A DNA stretch of 60,884 nucleotides, filler included, from Jimgerdemannia flammicorona (taxonomy: Eukaryota): assembly GCA_003990765.1 (NCBI GenBank). It is 3 parts of 3 records of this genome, joined end to end, with 100 filler letters (N's around TTAATTAATTAA, not from the genome) between each part and the next. Parts side by side here need not be neighbours in the genome. Positions count along the whole stretch, not along the records: positions 20,332 to 40,558 come from RBNJ01001730.1; positions 40,659 to 60,884 come from RBNJ01001731.1; 1 more part is not named here. One strand, written 5' to 3'. Positions 38,047-49,330 of this stretch are shown here, one piece after another. A program made the translations under genes and the position numbers. Under the pieces are notes generated by a model that was not told the origin of the DNA, made no database searches, and saw only the letters and a list, made by a program, of their open reading frames with translations. The stretch's first letter is position 1. Every line of letters starts with the position of its first letter.

Positions 38047-39441
38047 TGTGATAAACTAAGATATACTGCATGAATTATACCTTAGCCAGATAATACAAAC
38101 AATTAGCTAGATGATGTGAATACACAATATAGTAACCAGTAACCATTGCTGTAGAAACTGTATAAATAGCCAGACTACCAGATAAGGTATATCTGTACAG
38201 GACCTGTACACCTGTGTCAGACCTATACACTTGTGCTGGACCTACACAACTTGCCATAAGTAGTAAATCTATAGTTAGCCACATAGCAACCAGATAGCAA
38301 CCAACTTGTATAAATTACCCCAGAGACAAGAGTGAATAAACCTCAGTCTGAATTGAAGTACAAACCAAAGAAGCCTCTAAATATTGAGCATTAGTCCCCT
38401 TATTCCTACTCTGGTCTACTTTCCAATATAAAGCTTGAAGATTTTGCTGCCAAGTTCAAGTGAAGAACTTCACTGCCTTTGGAATTATTGGTATACTTGC
38501 CAGACTAAGCTTGAAGAATTCAAGTTTGCCACCAAGTTCAAGGAGAACTTTACTGCTCTTTGAGTTATTCACCGTATTCCCAGAGAGCCCACAAGCCAGT
38601 CTCTTAATGCAACTTCACAGTGATCCATTCATGTAAATGAAACCAATCTAGACATAACTTGTCAAGAACCTGAGTTGTTTCCCAGTTAAAGCCAATTCAG
38701 GAAGAATCTGTACCATCTGAGTTATTTCCCAGAAGCCCGCTGATTTAGGAGAATCCATATCATCTACTATTTTCAAGTTATCTGTATTTCCAGAAGACCT
38801 ATATCACCTGAGTATTATTCCTAAAAGAGCCTGATCTGCATTATCTGAAGTTATCATACCATCTGAGCTATTCATTGTTCCCAGTGAGCCCAAGCTATTG
38901 AGTTACCCACCACCAGTATAGTTCCCAGTAAGAAGAATCTGTGATATTCAAGAAGCCTGCTGCTTTTGGAGAAGCCATGCCAAATCAAGTTATCCACCAG
39001 AAATTGCATACTTTTGGAAACCCATTATACTATATAGAGATCATCACACTACACAAGATCATCACACAGAAATCATATAAGGAGAACTGCTAAATTACTA
39101 GACCATCACACACAGAGATCATCACACTATATAAAGAAATCACTCACTACTCAAGAAGGAAACTGTTCGCACTACACATGAAATTCTATCAATTCTCAGT
39201 TGACCTAAGAAGAAAACCCATTCACACAAATCACCACTATACTCAGAGAACCATCTCAATAAGGAAATCATCAGAACTACTCACAGATATCCAGCTTTGA
39301 CTATTATACCACTAAACACCAATAAGGATCTTAGAAATCTTAGAACATTTTGTTACTTTTGATAAAGTAACTGGGGGCTCAAGCCAAACTACATCAACCC
39401 CCAACCTTGTAATTTGCCTTCATTGAGCCAGGCATATTACA
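38047..39441 (+). repeat. 3' LTR (1395 bp), preceded by PPT AGTGGGGG (38035-38042)
   Basis: Colinear with the 5' LTR; ends ATTACA. Confidence 0.95.
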
Positions 39442-40558
39442 ATATATCAAATATATAATTAATCATAAATATATATAAATATGTAAGAATAATTATATAT
39501 TTATTCTCTATAATTAGCTATTTATTTTAATTTTGCTAAAAACTTTGAATAACTCAAATTATTAATAAGTTGATAGTAAAACTATATATTATAAAGTTCA
39601 ATAGTATCAAAGTAGCTAATAGTAAAAAATATATATAATAATATTCTATCTCTATATAAATTATATAAACTTTATTTTTGATAAATTGAACAATAGTCTA
39701 ATTATTATCTATCTGATAAATAAATATAATATAAAGCTGAGAATACATATATAGCTTTTATACCAGCTTAAAGATATTAGTTATAATTTCTCCTACTTAT
39801 AATCAAATAACAGATATATATTAATGAAATTCTTTATACTCTTAAATAGAGACTCTTATAGATTATAAATACTATTCAGAATAGTGAAATAGATAATATG
39901 ACAAAAGAATTAATAAGATAGAATCAAACCAATAGTAAAATAAGATAATATAGCTAAAAATATAATAATATTTTATAATAATTAATCTATTTTCTATTTT
40001 TTTTTATTTTTTTTTTAATAAATCAAATTTCTGTAGGATTTTATTTGGAGAGAATATAGACTATATAGGCAAAATTCTCTCTTACCTCTCCTTGAGTACT
40101 ATCTTTCCATTATCTTTAAACTATAGAGAGAACTAGTAGTCTCACTATTCTAGCTATATAAGAGTAGTATTATATTGTAATAACTCTCACTTCTATCCCT
40201 CTCTTATCCTTTGGATAATTAGAGAAGTAGACTATTACTTAGGGACTTAGTACACAATGTGTACCAAGAAGCCTTCAGTTTGAGGAAGTGCTCACTTAAT
40301 AAGTAGTTGTAGCAGCAGTGCCTTATCTTTCAAAGGTCTTTCTCTGGGGTGCCTTCTGTTTCAAAGATCTTTCTCTTGTGCCCTATTTCGAGAGTCTTGT
40401 TCTTTGCTATACACAGACTGAATTCACCTTAGAATTCAGGTTCAATGGGTTTACTTAAGTCTTTGGGGATTTATATACCAGTCTCAGTTCTGGCAGAAGT
40501 TAGCTAGGCTTCTGGAGTTTAGTCAGAAATACTAGAGTCACTTAGATGTCATTACTAA

Positions 40559-40658
40559 NNNNNNNNNNNNNNNNNNNNNNNNNNNNNNNNNNNNNNNNNN
40601 NNTTAATTAATTAANNNNNNNNNNNNNNNNNNNNNNNNNNNNNNNNNNNNNNNNNNNN
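40559..40658. other. Assembly gap with artificial TTAATTAATTAA linker
   Basis: 100-nt N-run with linker at 40603-40614. Confidence 0.97.
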
Positions 40659-40716
40659 AAAAAAAAAAAAAAAAGTGACTTATTTTCATTTCCTCACTCA
40701 ATTTGGACGAAAATAG

Positions 40717-41507
40717 GATCAACGCGACCGCCGCCTCCTTCTCCCAGATCGTGCTCATGGACGGTTCTGCCGCCGCCTTGCAGGTCGTTCAAGTCCTCCT
40801 CGTGAATGTCCCGTCCAACCCTAACACCATTACCGTCAAGGTCCCCAGCGTCATCACCAACGTCGACTGTAAGTAACGGGTTTTTATTATATATCCAGCA
40901 CAATCTCTTTTCATTCGATACACCGAATTGGTCTTTTTTCGACTGCTTTTGTTTACTAACCCTTTCTTCCTTCGCATCTCCACATCATCCTTTCGTCAAC
41001 GTAATAACATGATACAGATTCGTAAGTTTATATTACACAGTTGTTCCTTTTTCGTGCATATGGTCTGCCTCCCTGAAGTCACAAAACTAAAGCACACCTC
41101 TTCTTCCTCCCTCCTCAGCATCGCCATCGGCACCTCTCCCGACGTCGCCTATATCGGTCCCTTCACGTAAGCATCTTGCTGTCACTCCTTCCACCCTTCC
41201 CACGCCGAGCCTCCCCAATCTCACTCCCTACCCTCCTGCCCCAACCAGCATCCTAAACAACGGCGTCGTCGGCACCTCCGTCCCTGTTAACGCTGTCGCT
41301 TCCTCCACCACCGCCTCCGTCTCTGCCGCCTCCGGTGCCTCAACCACCGCCAAGACTGCCACCACCCCCTCCGGTTCCGGCTCCACCTCCTCTGCCTCCG
41401 CCTCCGCCTCCGCCTCCGCCTCCGCCAAGACCGGTGCTGCTGGCCAGCTCGTCCCCGCCGCTGCCATGGCTGCCGTGCCTCTCATATTCGCCGTGCTCGC
41501 CTTCTAA
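40717..41507 (+). CDS. Ser/Thr-rich GPI-anchored cell-surface protein (Kre9/Knh1-like N-domain family), 5' exon(s) lost in gap; exons 40717-40868, 41018-41021, 41119-41166, 41249-41507
   Basis: Spliced product ..INATAASFSQIVLMDGSAAALQVVQVLLVNVP..NVDYSIAIGTSPDVAYIGPFTI.., Ser/Ala/Thr tract, hydrophobic C-terminal GPI signal. All GT-AG junctions are phase-consistent. Confidence 0.85.
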
Positions 41508-42106
41508 ATGTGCGGATATAATAGTGTGTGCGATGTCGATCTGGATCCTTGAGACGCGAGGCGTCGTCGATAATGGTGTATTTAGAGTGCTTAATAGTAA
41601 TTTAATCTTCGAAAGCGTGTTTGTGTTATCTACCTTTTGAATCGATTTTTTTTTTTTAATGGTTTTGGCTGCCGATACATATCGAGTGTCGATCGTTTCT
41701 TTGATGTACTTACAAGGCACGCCCAATTTCCTTGTTCGCACAATCAACCGAGAATAATGGGAATTTGGGTCACATGAACCAGACTTTGAAAAAGGCGACC
41801 CCCCGAAAAAGGGCAAAGGGGACAATCGAACTTTGAGACAACCGAGTTGCGGTCGCACGATCAAGAAAGGTTTGGTCGATCTGTCGTGGTCAGTCGTAAC
41901 AATAGCGCATGTTTCAGTAACCTCGTGAAGGTCTTGGTGTGCGAAAGGTGTATCGACTGACCGATCTGTATGGGATAGGCGTTGTACATTTATTACCTTG
42001 GCCTCATAGTGTAGATTATACATCCAACGTCCAATGGCACGCACCTCCAGATTAATTAATTAAAAAAAAAAAAAAGAGGAAGATGAAGGAAAACACTTCA
42101 ACCCCA

Positions 42107-43186
42107 CTACGTCATCCACATCCCGCTCCCCCCAGCCCACACAAGCCCGAACCCCTCGAGCGCAAATTTGAATCTGAATCTCTCCCTCCCAAAGTTGAAT
42201 TTCACGGTTACCGGCCCGTCGGCGCCGAAGCTGGGGAAGTACGTATGCTTGATTCCGCGGAACGCCTCTCCCACGTTCCTTCCGTTCTTGGTGAAGAAGA
42301 TGGCGCCCTCGGCGGGTAGGTACCCGCACCCGACGACGTCTCCGACCTCGCCGAACCCTTCTGCGTACGGCAGGCCGCCCTCAGAGTCGTCGCAGAACTT
42401 GTTGCCGTCGTCGCTGTGCCATCCCACGCTGTGTTTGTTCCATCCAGGCATTCGGAACAACGGGTACGGCCGCGTGCAAAGCCCGATCGCTACGCACGTC
42501 GTTTCGTAGTACGGGTTCGCAACGATCGTCACCTCGAAGTAGTGCGCTTGCCGCATCGGCGCAGGACCGGGGAACGACGGGTTCACTCGGGGAGGGGGGT
42601 AAGATGGGTTCACTCCGGGAGGCGGATACGATGGCGGCGTGTACATATTCAGCGGGGTAGGGGGCGCGAAGGACGGCTCAGGAGTGTAGGCTGGGAGGGC
42701 CTCGGTTTGCGGCGAGGTGGGGGGGGGTTCAGACTTGTCGTCCGCGCTCGAAGCGGCGGCGATGCGCCTCATTTCCTGCGGGAGGATAAAGGGGAAAAGA
42801 CACTGGATGGTGCGGTCGGTATCGCCCTTTGGCAAGACGGGCTTCCTAGGAAGGTGGGGCTTCTTAGCGCCGAACAGGCCAGTGACCGTCTTCTGTGGGT
42901 AGAACTCAACGGTGAGCTCGTCGGGCAAGACGACGAGGGCGTTCAGGATCTGCTGGGCGACATCCATGCGCAGTGCGGGCACGCCGTGCTGCAGCAGGTA
43001 GCGACATGTCTCCGGCGTAGACGGTGAGTCGATGACCGCGGCGAAGTCGGCCGTAAAGCGTTCGCTCCGACCGAAGGCGGCCTCGGAGGCGTTGTTGTAG
43101 GCGCCGACGCGTTGGGATTGGACAAAGTTAGTGGTGCTGGCGTAGTCATAGCTGGGGAGGGCATACTTATGGTGTGGGTTATCCAT
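42107..43186 (-). CDS. Ssh4/Ear1-like SPRY-domain protein with PY motifs (359 aa, single exon)
   Basis: YFEVTI..VAIGLCTRPYPLFRMPGWNKHSVGWHSDDG..GDVVGCGY..IFFTKNG..FPSFGADGP..FNFG is an Ssh4-type SPRY domain. Confidence 0.9.
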   Translation of the reverse strand: MDNPHHKYALPSYDYASTTNFVQSQRVGAYNNASEAAFGRSERFTADFAAVIDSPSTPETCRYLLQHGVPALRMDVAQQILNALVVLPDELTVEFYPQKTVTGLFGAKKPHLPRKPVLPKGDTDRTIQCLFPFILPQEMRRIAAASSADDKSEPPPTSPQTEALPAYTPEPSFAPPTPLNMYTPPSYPPPGVNPSYPPPRVNPSFPGPAPMRQAHYFEVTIVANPYYETTCVAIGLCTRPYPLFRMPGWNKHSVGWHSDDGNKFCDDSEGGLPYAEGFGEVGDVVGCGYLPAEGAIFFTKNGRNVGEAFRGIKHTYFPSFGADGPVTVKFNFGRERFRFKFALEGFGLVWAGGSGMWMT

Positions 43187-44716
43187 GTTTCGAGTTGTCG
43201 AGTTGTGGACTATGTGGCGACGCAAAGGTCTGGTCTTATATCCTTATCATTTGGTGGCTTTCCATGACGTCATCTTACTTCCCCTTCTATGCTATTTCCA
43301 TTGTTCTTACCTTACATCACTCTGACATCATAAACACTATCCTCATTCCAAAGAAGAATTTGTTGTGCTCAAAAAAAAATGTGTTGTACTGGTCTTTTCA
43401 TCCAAGAGGTCACACATTCCAATAGAAAGATATCTGATAGCTGAAATGTTAAATCAAATACTAAGCTGAATGTTGTAAATGAATATATTTTAAGATAATT
43501 GGAATAGTTGGCTAGAGTGATTTTTTTTTTTTTTTCTTGGCTCAGCTTGAAGATCTATATTCCAAGTAACTCTATTTATTTCCAATCAAGTAAAAATAAA
43601 GAATAATTGAAAAACTATAAAGTAAGAAACAAAAAGATACTGAGAACCATTGCACTTTGTCTGATTTTTGTTTCAGCGCAAATTCACATGTAACCTTTCA
43701 GCAGACCCTGCTCTATGTTCGCATCCAAGAGCCTGATGGTCACCATGAAGCATATCTCTTCCACACAATCGCACATAAGGGCTGTTAAAACATAATCTAT
43801 CGAGTTAAGTGGTGTGTGCCGTTGGCGGACCGACCCAGTGAGTACTCTAACGGAACAAAGAATAGAAAAAACTGAGAAGCTGTCCAAGGTCTGCAAAATC
43901 TCTTCGGGTGCAACTTTGCTGATTACGTGTTCTAGAAAAGTACATACCAAAAATATGATGGATGACTCATGTAACATAATCTACTGTCGTTTAATAGAAT
44001 TTTTTACCCACGGAAGGGCGGCGTGCATGGGTTAGTGGCAACCGTTCAAAAGGGGGAGAATGTATTCAGGTACAAACGTCTGTATACTGCAATTGGGCGT
44101 GAGAAAGGTGTCTTACTTCAGGTCAGGAAATTTCTAGCCCCTTTTTCTCGTCCAAAGCCATGATGGGTTATTTTTTTGTTTTCTTTCTCAAAATGGGTAT
44201 ATATTTATTCTGAATCCGACAGACACTTGGCCTTCTTTCTCCTTTGTAGTCGTCGAGGGTCGAGGGCTCTCTTCCAATTCCTCCTTACTTTGCTGGACAA
44301 TAGCACGCAGAAGATTCCAGGCAAGGAGAGTGGGTTGAGGATTGGCGACTGTCAGTATATAGGGCAAGATACCAGACAAGAGCCCGAACCATTAACACGG
44401 ATATGATTGCGATGTTGCATGATTCCGGGGTTAGGCAGACATCAACAGGGGGTACGTTTGCGATGGCTAGATCATGATGGGAAAGCTGGCACACGGAATT
44501 GTGACATCATCATGCAGGAATTTGTGACTGGGTTTGCAGGCAGGCGCGAGGCGATGAGGCCATGGAGCATGTTGGCGTTTGTCCGTGGAAAGGGGCGAAA
44601 CAGGTTCCCATTGTCGAATATATTTCAAACAAACCAGGAGCTTGTTTCATTGAAAAACCTGCATCTTTCTTTCTCCTCAATCAATTCCCCCACACCCCAC
44701 ACTCCCTCCCGTCCTT

Positions 44717-44797
44717 CCCCATCCCCATCCCCATCCCCATCCCCATCCCCATCCCCATCCCCATCCCCATCCCCATCCCCATCCGCATCCGCATCCG
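44717..44797. repeat. (CCCCAT)11(CCGCAT)2 microsatellite directly upstream of ATG 44800
   Basis: Directly visible. Confidence 0.95.
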
Positions 44798-44799
44798 CC

Positions 44800-46382
44800 A
44801 TGACCTCCTTTGAGAAATATATGAGTCAGGGCGCCACAATCCTGGAGCACCACCCCAACCAAAAGGATCCTACGGGCCAAAAGACCCGTACTGTGCGCAT
44901 TCGTATCCCCGGCTCGGAACACATCAAGGTCTACCCCAACCTTAGCGTCGAACATTTGCGCCCCTTTATCGACGAGGCCTCGCTCACCGCCGACTCGACC
45001 TCGTTCCCCCAGACCTCGGAGGCCGACAAGAAACACCCGCGCGAGGAGAACGAGGAAGTCGCCGACGACGACGACGACGGAGCGTCGGAACCCGATGTGA
45101 AGACGCCGTCCTCTGAGTTGGACCAGCCCGTGGAAGAGGCCGACAAGGAGGAGAAAGGGCTCAAAAATGGAGAGGAAAACGAAAAGGTGGAGGGCAAGAA
45201 GGAGCCACCGCCGAAGAAACAGAAGCACAATCCGACCACGGTGGGTGACGGAGGCGAGGAGAAAGAGCCTGGGCCCCATGGGTATGGAGTCGGGAGGAAC
45301 TTTGAAAAGTTGATGGAAGAAGGGGCTGTGATTACTGACTATCATGTCAATAAGACGGAGCATTTCACGTAAGTTGGCATAGGTCTTTGTGACGGTCAAT
45401 TTATTCGTTTTATTAATCCTAATCGGTAAAATATAGCGTCCACACACGCAATCCCGATGGCACCACCGATGTATTCAGCAATATCACTGCTAAGCACTTC
45501 GAGCAGCACAAAACAAACGAGGTCATCGAGCGCCCGCCTGAACAAGTGTCCCTGCGCCCGCACCATGCCGGCGACACGTTCGAAAAGGTCATGGAGGCTG
45601 GTGGCCGCGTCCTCGAGAAGAACGAGTTTGTTGGATACTCAGTCACCATCCTCATGCCACCCGCAGAGGGTGAGATCGAACAGAGGCTCGAGTTCTTTGG
45701 GAACGGTGGGGTTATGTATGGGGTTTCTGGGGTGTGCGTCTCTGTTGGGTGTATGGTTGAGGGCATCCAAGTCATTGATTGACTTTGGGGTTTGCCCGCC
45801 GTTCTTAACTTCCTCGCCCATCTCGCATATTTCTGAAAAACAGTGTCCGAGGAGGTCTTGAACAAGCACAAGGATCATATCGATCTTACGCGCTCTGTGC
45901 CCAACAAAGACACCATCTCCCACGCTCGTATGAATTTTTATTATAATCATTCTTTATTATAGAATCCGAATTACGCTACCAATTTATTGCACAGTGAAGG
46001 AATTTTTCTTTCCAAATTTGCAACACTAATAATCCGTCATTTAATCCCAACATCCACCTACACGTGTCATGCTCTTGCTTTTGTGTTCATTCCTCCACGT
46101 GAAAAACCAACCACGCCTGCCAGATCACAAGGGCTATACCTTCGAAACCTGCATGAAGATGGGCGGGATCATCATCCGGCATGACCCGCACCCATTCTAC
46201 TCTGTCCGCGTATGTTCTTTCTCACTACATTTCGACAAGATCCCTAGCGTTATTGTCGCGCTCTCTAATTTCCTCTCTCCTTTTAACGCCGAAATTTACA
46301 GGTCAAATCCGTGGACGGCAAGATCGAATTCTACTCGCACGTCAGCAAGGACCGGCTGCAGAAGTACGAGGTGGAGCCCTGA
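44800..46382 (+). CDS. Hypothetical 362-aa protein with four ~50-aa internal repeats; exons 44800-45368, 45437-45705, 45844-45927, 46124-46209, 46302-46382
   Basis: Phase-consistent GT-AG splicing gives an open 1089-nt CDS; repeated FE..M..G..I motif. Confidence 0.8.
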
Positions 46383-46811
46383 ACATCCTATTGGTCGGAT
46401 TGTGTGACTTGGAGGATTTGTGCATTGGCGTTTATGATTTATTCGTATTCCTTTTTTCTTGCGATGTACACACGGGCGTGAGGGATTGGATATCGAAACA
46501 CTGTTGCCCTTTTTTTTTTCTTAGTTTTTCGGGTCGCGCGTGACCATTGAAATTTGTAAAATTAAACGAATGAACGGGAAAATAAATCATGAGTATGTGG
46601 ACATGCATTTATCTAGTTGCGATCTAACCACGTATATTGTCAGCGAATAAACATTGCATAGGGGAAATGAAAATTAAAATTAAATCCATTAAATTGCTTG
46701 AGAAATGATACTAATATCTTCGGCCCGAGAAAGCCAAGAAAAGACAGATAGATGCAAATCATTTTCGCCACCAAGTAAAGATTCCCTTGCTGTGGCGATA
46801 GGCCTTTTCGT

Positions 46812-47523
46812 TCAGTGGTACATGATGCTCTGGCACTCGACGGTGCAAGAGTAGCGTCTGTGCCGGAAGAAGAGGTTGCTCGTTTTGGTCATCTTGATGT
46901 TAGCGGCGAAGTAGTAGACCTCGCAGGTATGCAATCCGCCGCGTACGGACAGGTAGCGGTCGGTCTTGAAGCTCCCGGCGGTGGTCAGGGTGGCGCCGGT
47001 GGTCCACAGGCTGTCCTTGCGGGCCTCGCCAGTCACGGCCACGGTGGCGGCGTCGTCTTTCTTGCCCATGAGCGTGTTCAGCGAGTTCAGCAGGAACGCA
47101 ACCACCGCCTGCGCCTGCTCCTTGGCGCCGCACGTGAGGACCGTGAGCGTGGCCCCGAGAAGGAGCCCGAGGAGCTTGGACAGCGCCGCGTCCGTCTCCG
47201 AGATCTCGACGCTTTTGCTGGTCCGCGTTTGGTGGCACAGCGTCCAGAATCCCGTGTCTTCCAGCTTGGATTTCTCGTGCTCGAATCGCAGGCGTAGGCT
47301 CTCCAAGTTGGCGTCGTCTGCCAAAATGGTAGTCGTGGATGTTAGCTGTATGGTGGTGACCCCTTTCCCCCCCCCCCCCCCCTTTTTCTTTCGGTTACGA
47401 ACCTGCTTCAAGTCGCATACGCTCTTTAAACTTTGCTTCCTTTTCGGCATAGAGCATCTCCGTTCTGTTGAATGGCTTCCGCTGTTCTTCAGTCATGTTC
47501 TGGAATGTGATGTTTTCCGCCAT
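46812..47523 (-). CDS. 208-aa protein, putative Cyt/volvatoxin-like (delta-endotoxin CytB fold); exons 47523-47403, 47317-46812
   Basis: Phase-consistent single intron. C-terminus FAANIKMTKTSNLFF..SCTVECQSIMY aligns by eye with Cyt1A FEIKVSAVKEQVLFF..SYNVNIQSLKF. The gene model is more secure than the family call. Confidence 0.6.
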
Positions 47524-47934
47524 GTTGAATGCGGAGAGTTCGGTGTTGGGCTTTTGGTCCATGACAATGATTTAATTATGTGTCTGCGGACTCGAATGTC
47601 AGTTGAAATACTTCCCGTCAAACTGCGCCTTGATTACATAATGTGACGGGAACTCCGAAGGTGTATATATATATCAATAGCTTGTAACAATTGTGGGAAC
47701 GGTTATTCGAGCTTTGGGGGTGTAGGTGCAAGTAAACGTGTCAGTTTTGAGAACGCCTTATTGAGGAATAGATGACATAGATGATCAATGGTCATCTTCT
47801 CCACTATACAATGCGAAGCGTTGGGTCAAAGCTGCCTTGCTATTGATTTATTTGCACTACTATATATAAATTATACAAATACGAGACGCCTGCACAGATA
47901 CATTTAAGGGTAGTCCGTTGGATTTCTGGAATTT

Positions 47935-49297
47935 TTATGCCTCTACCTCCGTCTTATCGCCTCCGTAAGCAAGCTCTATATCATAATGCTTTGTGACGCC
48001 TGAATGATTTTTTAAAAAAAGGAGGGATACGGTGTCAACAAAAACAGGGTCTCCCGTGCAAATTATAATCATAAATGAAAGAAGCAACAAACCTCCGAAA
48101 ACATCCTCCATCTCTTCAAGTGTTCTGCCTTTGGTTTCCGGAATGAAGCAGCACACGACCTGGTGGGAGGGATAAAAGATAAGATACTACCTAATTCAGA
48201 TGAACAGCAGTCGAACACAGGTACTTACCGTCATAACAACGCAGCATGCAGCAAAGAAGAAGTACAAGGCGTAGGTGCTCTTTGCAATGACAACGGGAGT
48301 GACGAAGGTAACGACAATGTTGAAGAGCCAGTTGCTACCCGTAGTGATAGACATTCCTTTCGAGCGCAAACGCATTGGGAAAATTTCTAGTTTCATAGTA
48401 TAGGCAGAAATAGAAAGTAGTGAGATAGGGGTAGGCGCTGATATCATCGATTCAACGGCACTATACAATCCAATGGTGATGGTCAAAGAAGTGCCCTTAC
48501 CGGCGGGATATACGGTGCCGACAGCGCCCCAAGAGTACGCGAACCTGATATTGACGGAAAATGTGTAAGCCAGCCGAGTAGTAAAACGAGCGAAAGTAAA
48601 ATCATATTCAATTGCGATACTCACCCAGCGACGAAGATGAAGATGAAAGCCACGATTGTCCACTGAACAGCCCGGGATGAGATTACGACGGCACCCGTTT
48701 CGTCAATGTAACTACCAGCCGCAAAACTACCGCCAATGGTGAACATTGCAACAGCCTGGATAGCAGCGCCAGAGACCAATGCTGGTCTGGAGAAGGGTGA
48801 AAAACGTAGGGGCATGAGTGGAAATTCCAGTAGAATGACAGATTGGAGAAGATTCCACACATACTTGCGACCAACTTGATCCATCCAAAGCAGCGGCGGG
48901 ATAGTGAACACGAAGTTGACAATTCTAATATTTGAAGAGTCAAGGTTAATAATAATCTCACAAGAACTTTGGTTTAAACAATGGGCAAGTCAGCACGTAG
49001 AACATACCCGGTGACACCAGTGGCAATCAATGAAGTAGTATAGCTGTCCAAACCGGCTTGGGCGAAAATGACTGGCGCAAAGTACAGCACACCATTAATA
49101 CCTACAAAATCGGATTGTGTTAGTTTTCGCTAACTCAAAGGGGAAAAACTCGCTCGAAACCCTTTTGCACTCTCCAACCTCACAGAAAATTCTCTCGACC
49201 GTGATTCTTACCAGTAAATTGCTAAGTTAAGTTGAGATTATAAAGATAAGCAAGTTTTAGCACTTTCTTGGCGTCACGAGCCTAAATCGCATAAACT

Positions 49298-49330
<33 letters not shown>

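Larger units (their letters stand above)
29133..39441 (+). mobile_element. Complete (inactivated) 10.3-kb Ty3/Gypsy LTR retrotransposon encoding dUTPase; 4-bp TSD ATAT
   Basis: LTRs 29133-30515 and 38047-39441 (TG..CA/TA), ATAT on both flanks, tRNA-Pro-type PBS, PPT, and order gag-PR-(spacer)-dUTPase-RT-RH-IN. Confidence 0.95.

Noticed and set aside
39371..39385. PBS-like CTGGGGGCTCAAG inside the 3' LTR
   Set aside because: Short match, decayed in the 5' LTR copy; a functional second PBS cannot be supported.
40170..40558. Possible solo LTR or element end before gap 2
   Set aside because: TG start and a minus-strand TATA are suggestive, but there is no partner LTR or TSD in the window.
42052..42063. 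Same TTAATTAATTAA string without Ns
   Set aside because: Lies in an AT-rich 3' region next to an A-run; cannot tell chance from linker remnant, and no function is supportable.
44407..44799. N-terminal extension with PSPSPS repeat in ORF 44407-45372
   Set aside because: Begins at a non-ATG codon and translates the microsatellite; ATG 44800 has a good GCC context and starts repeat 1.
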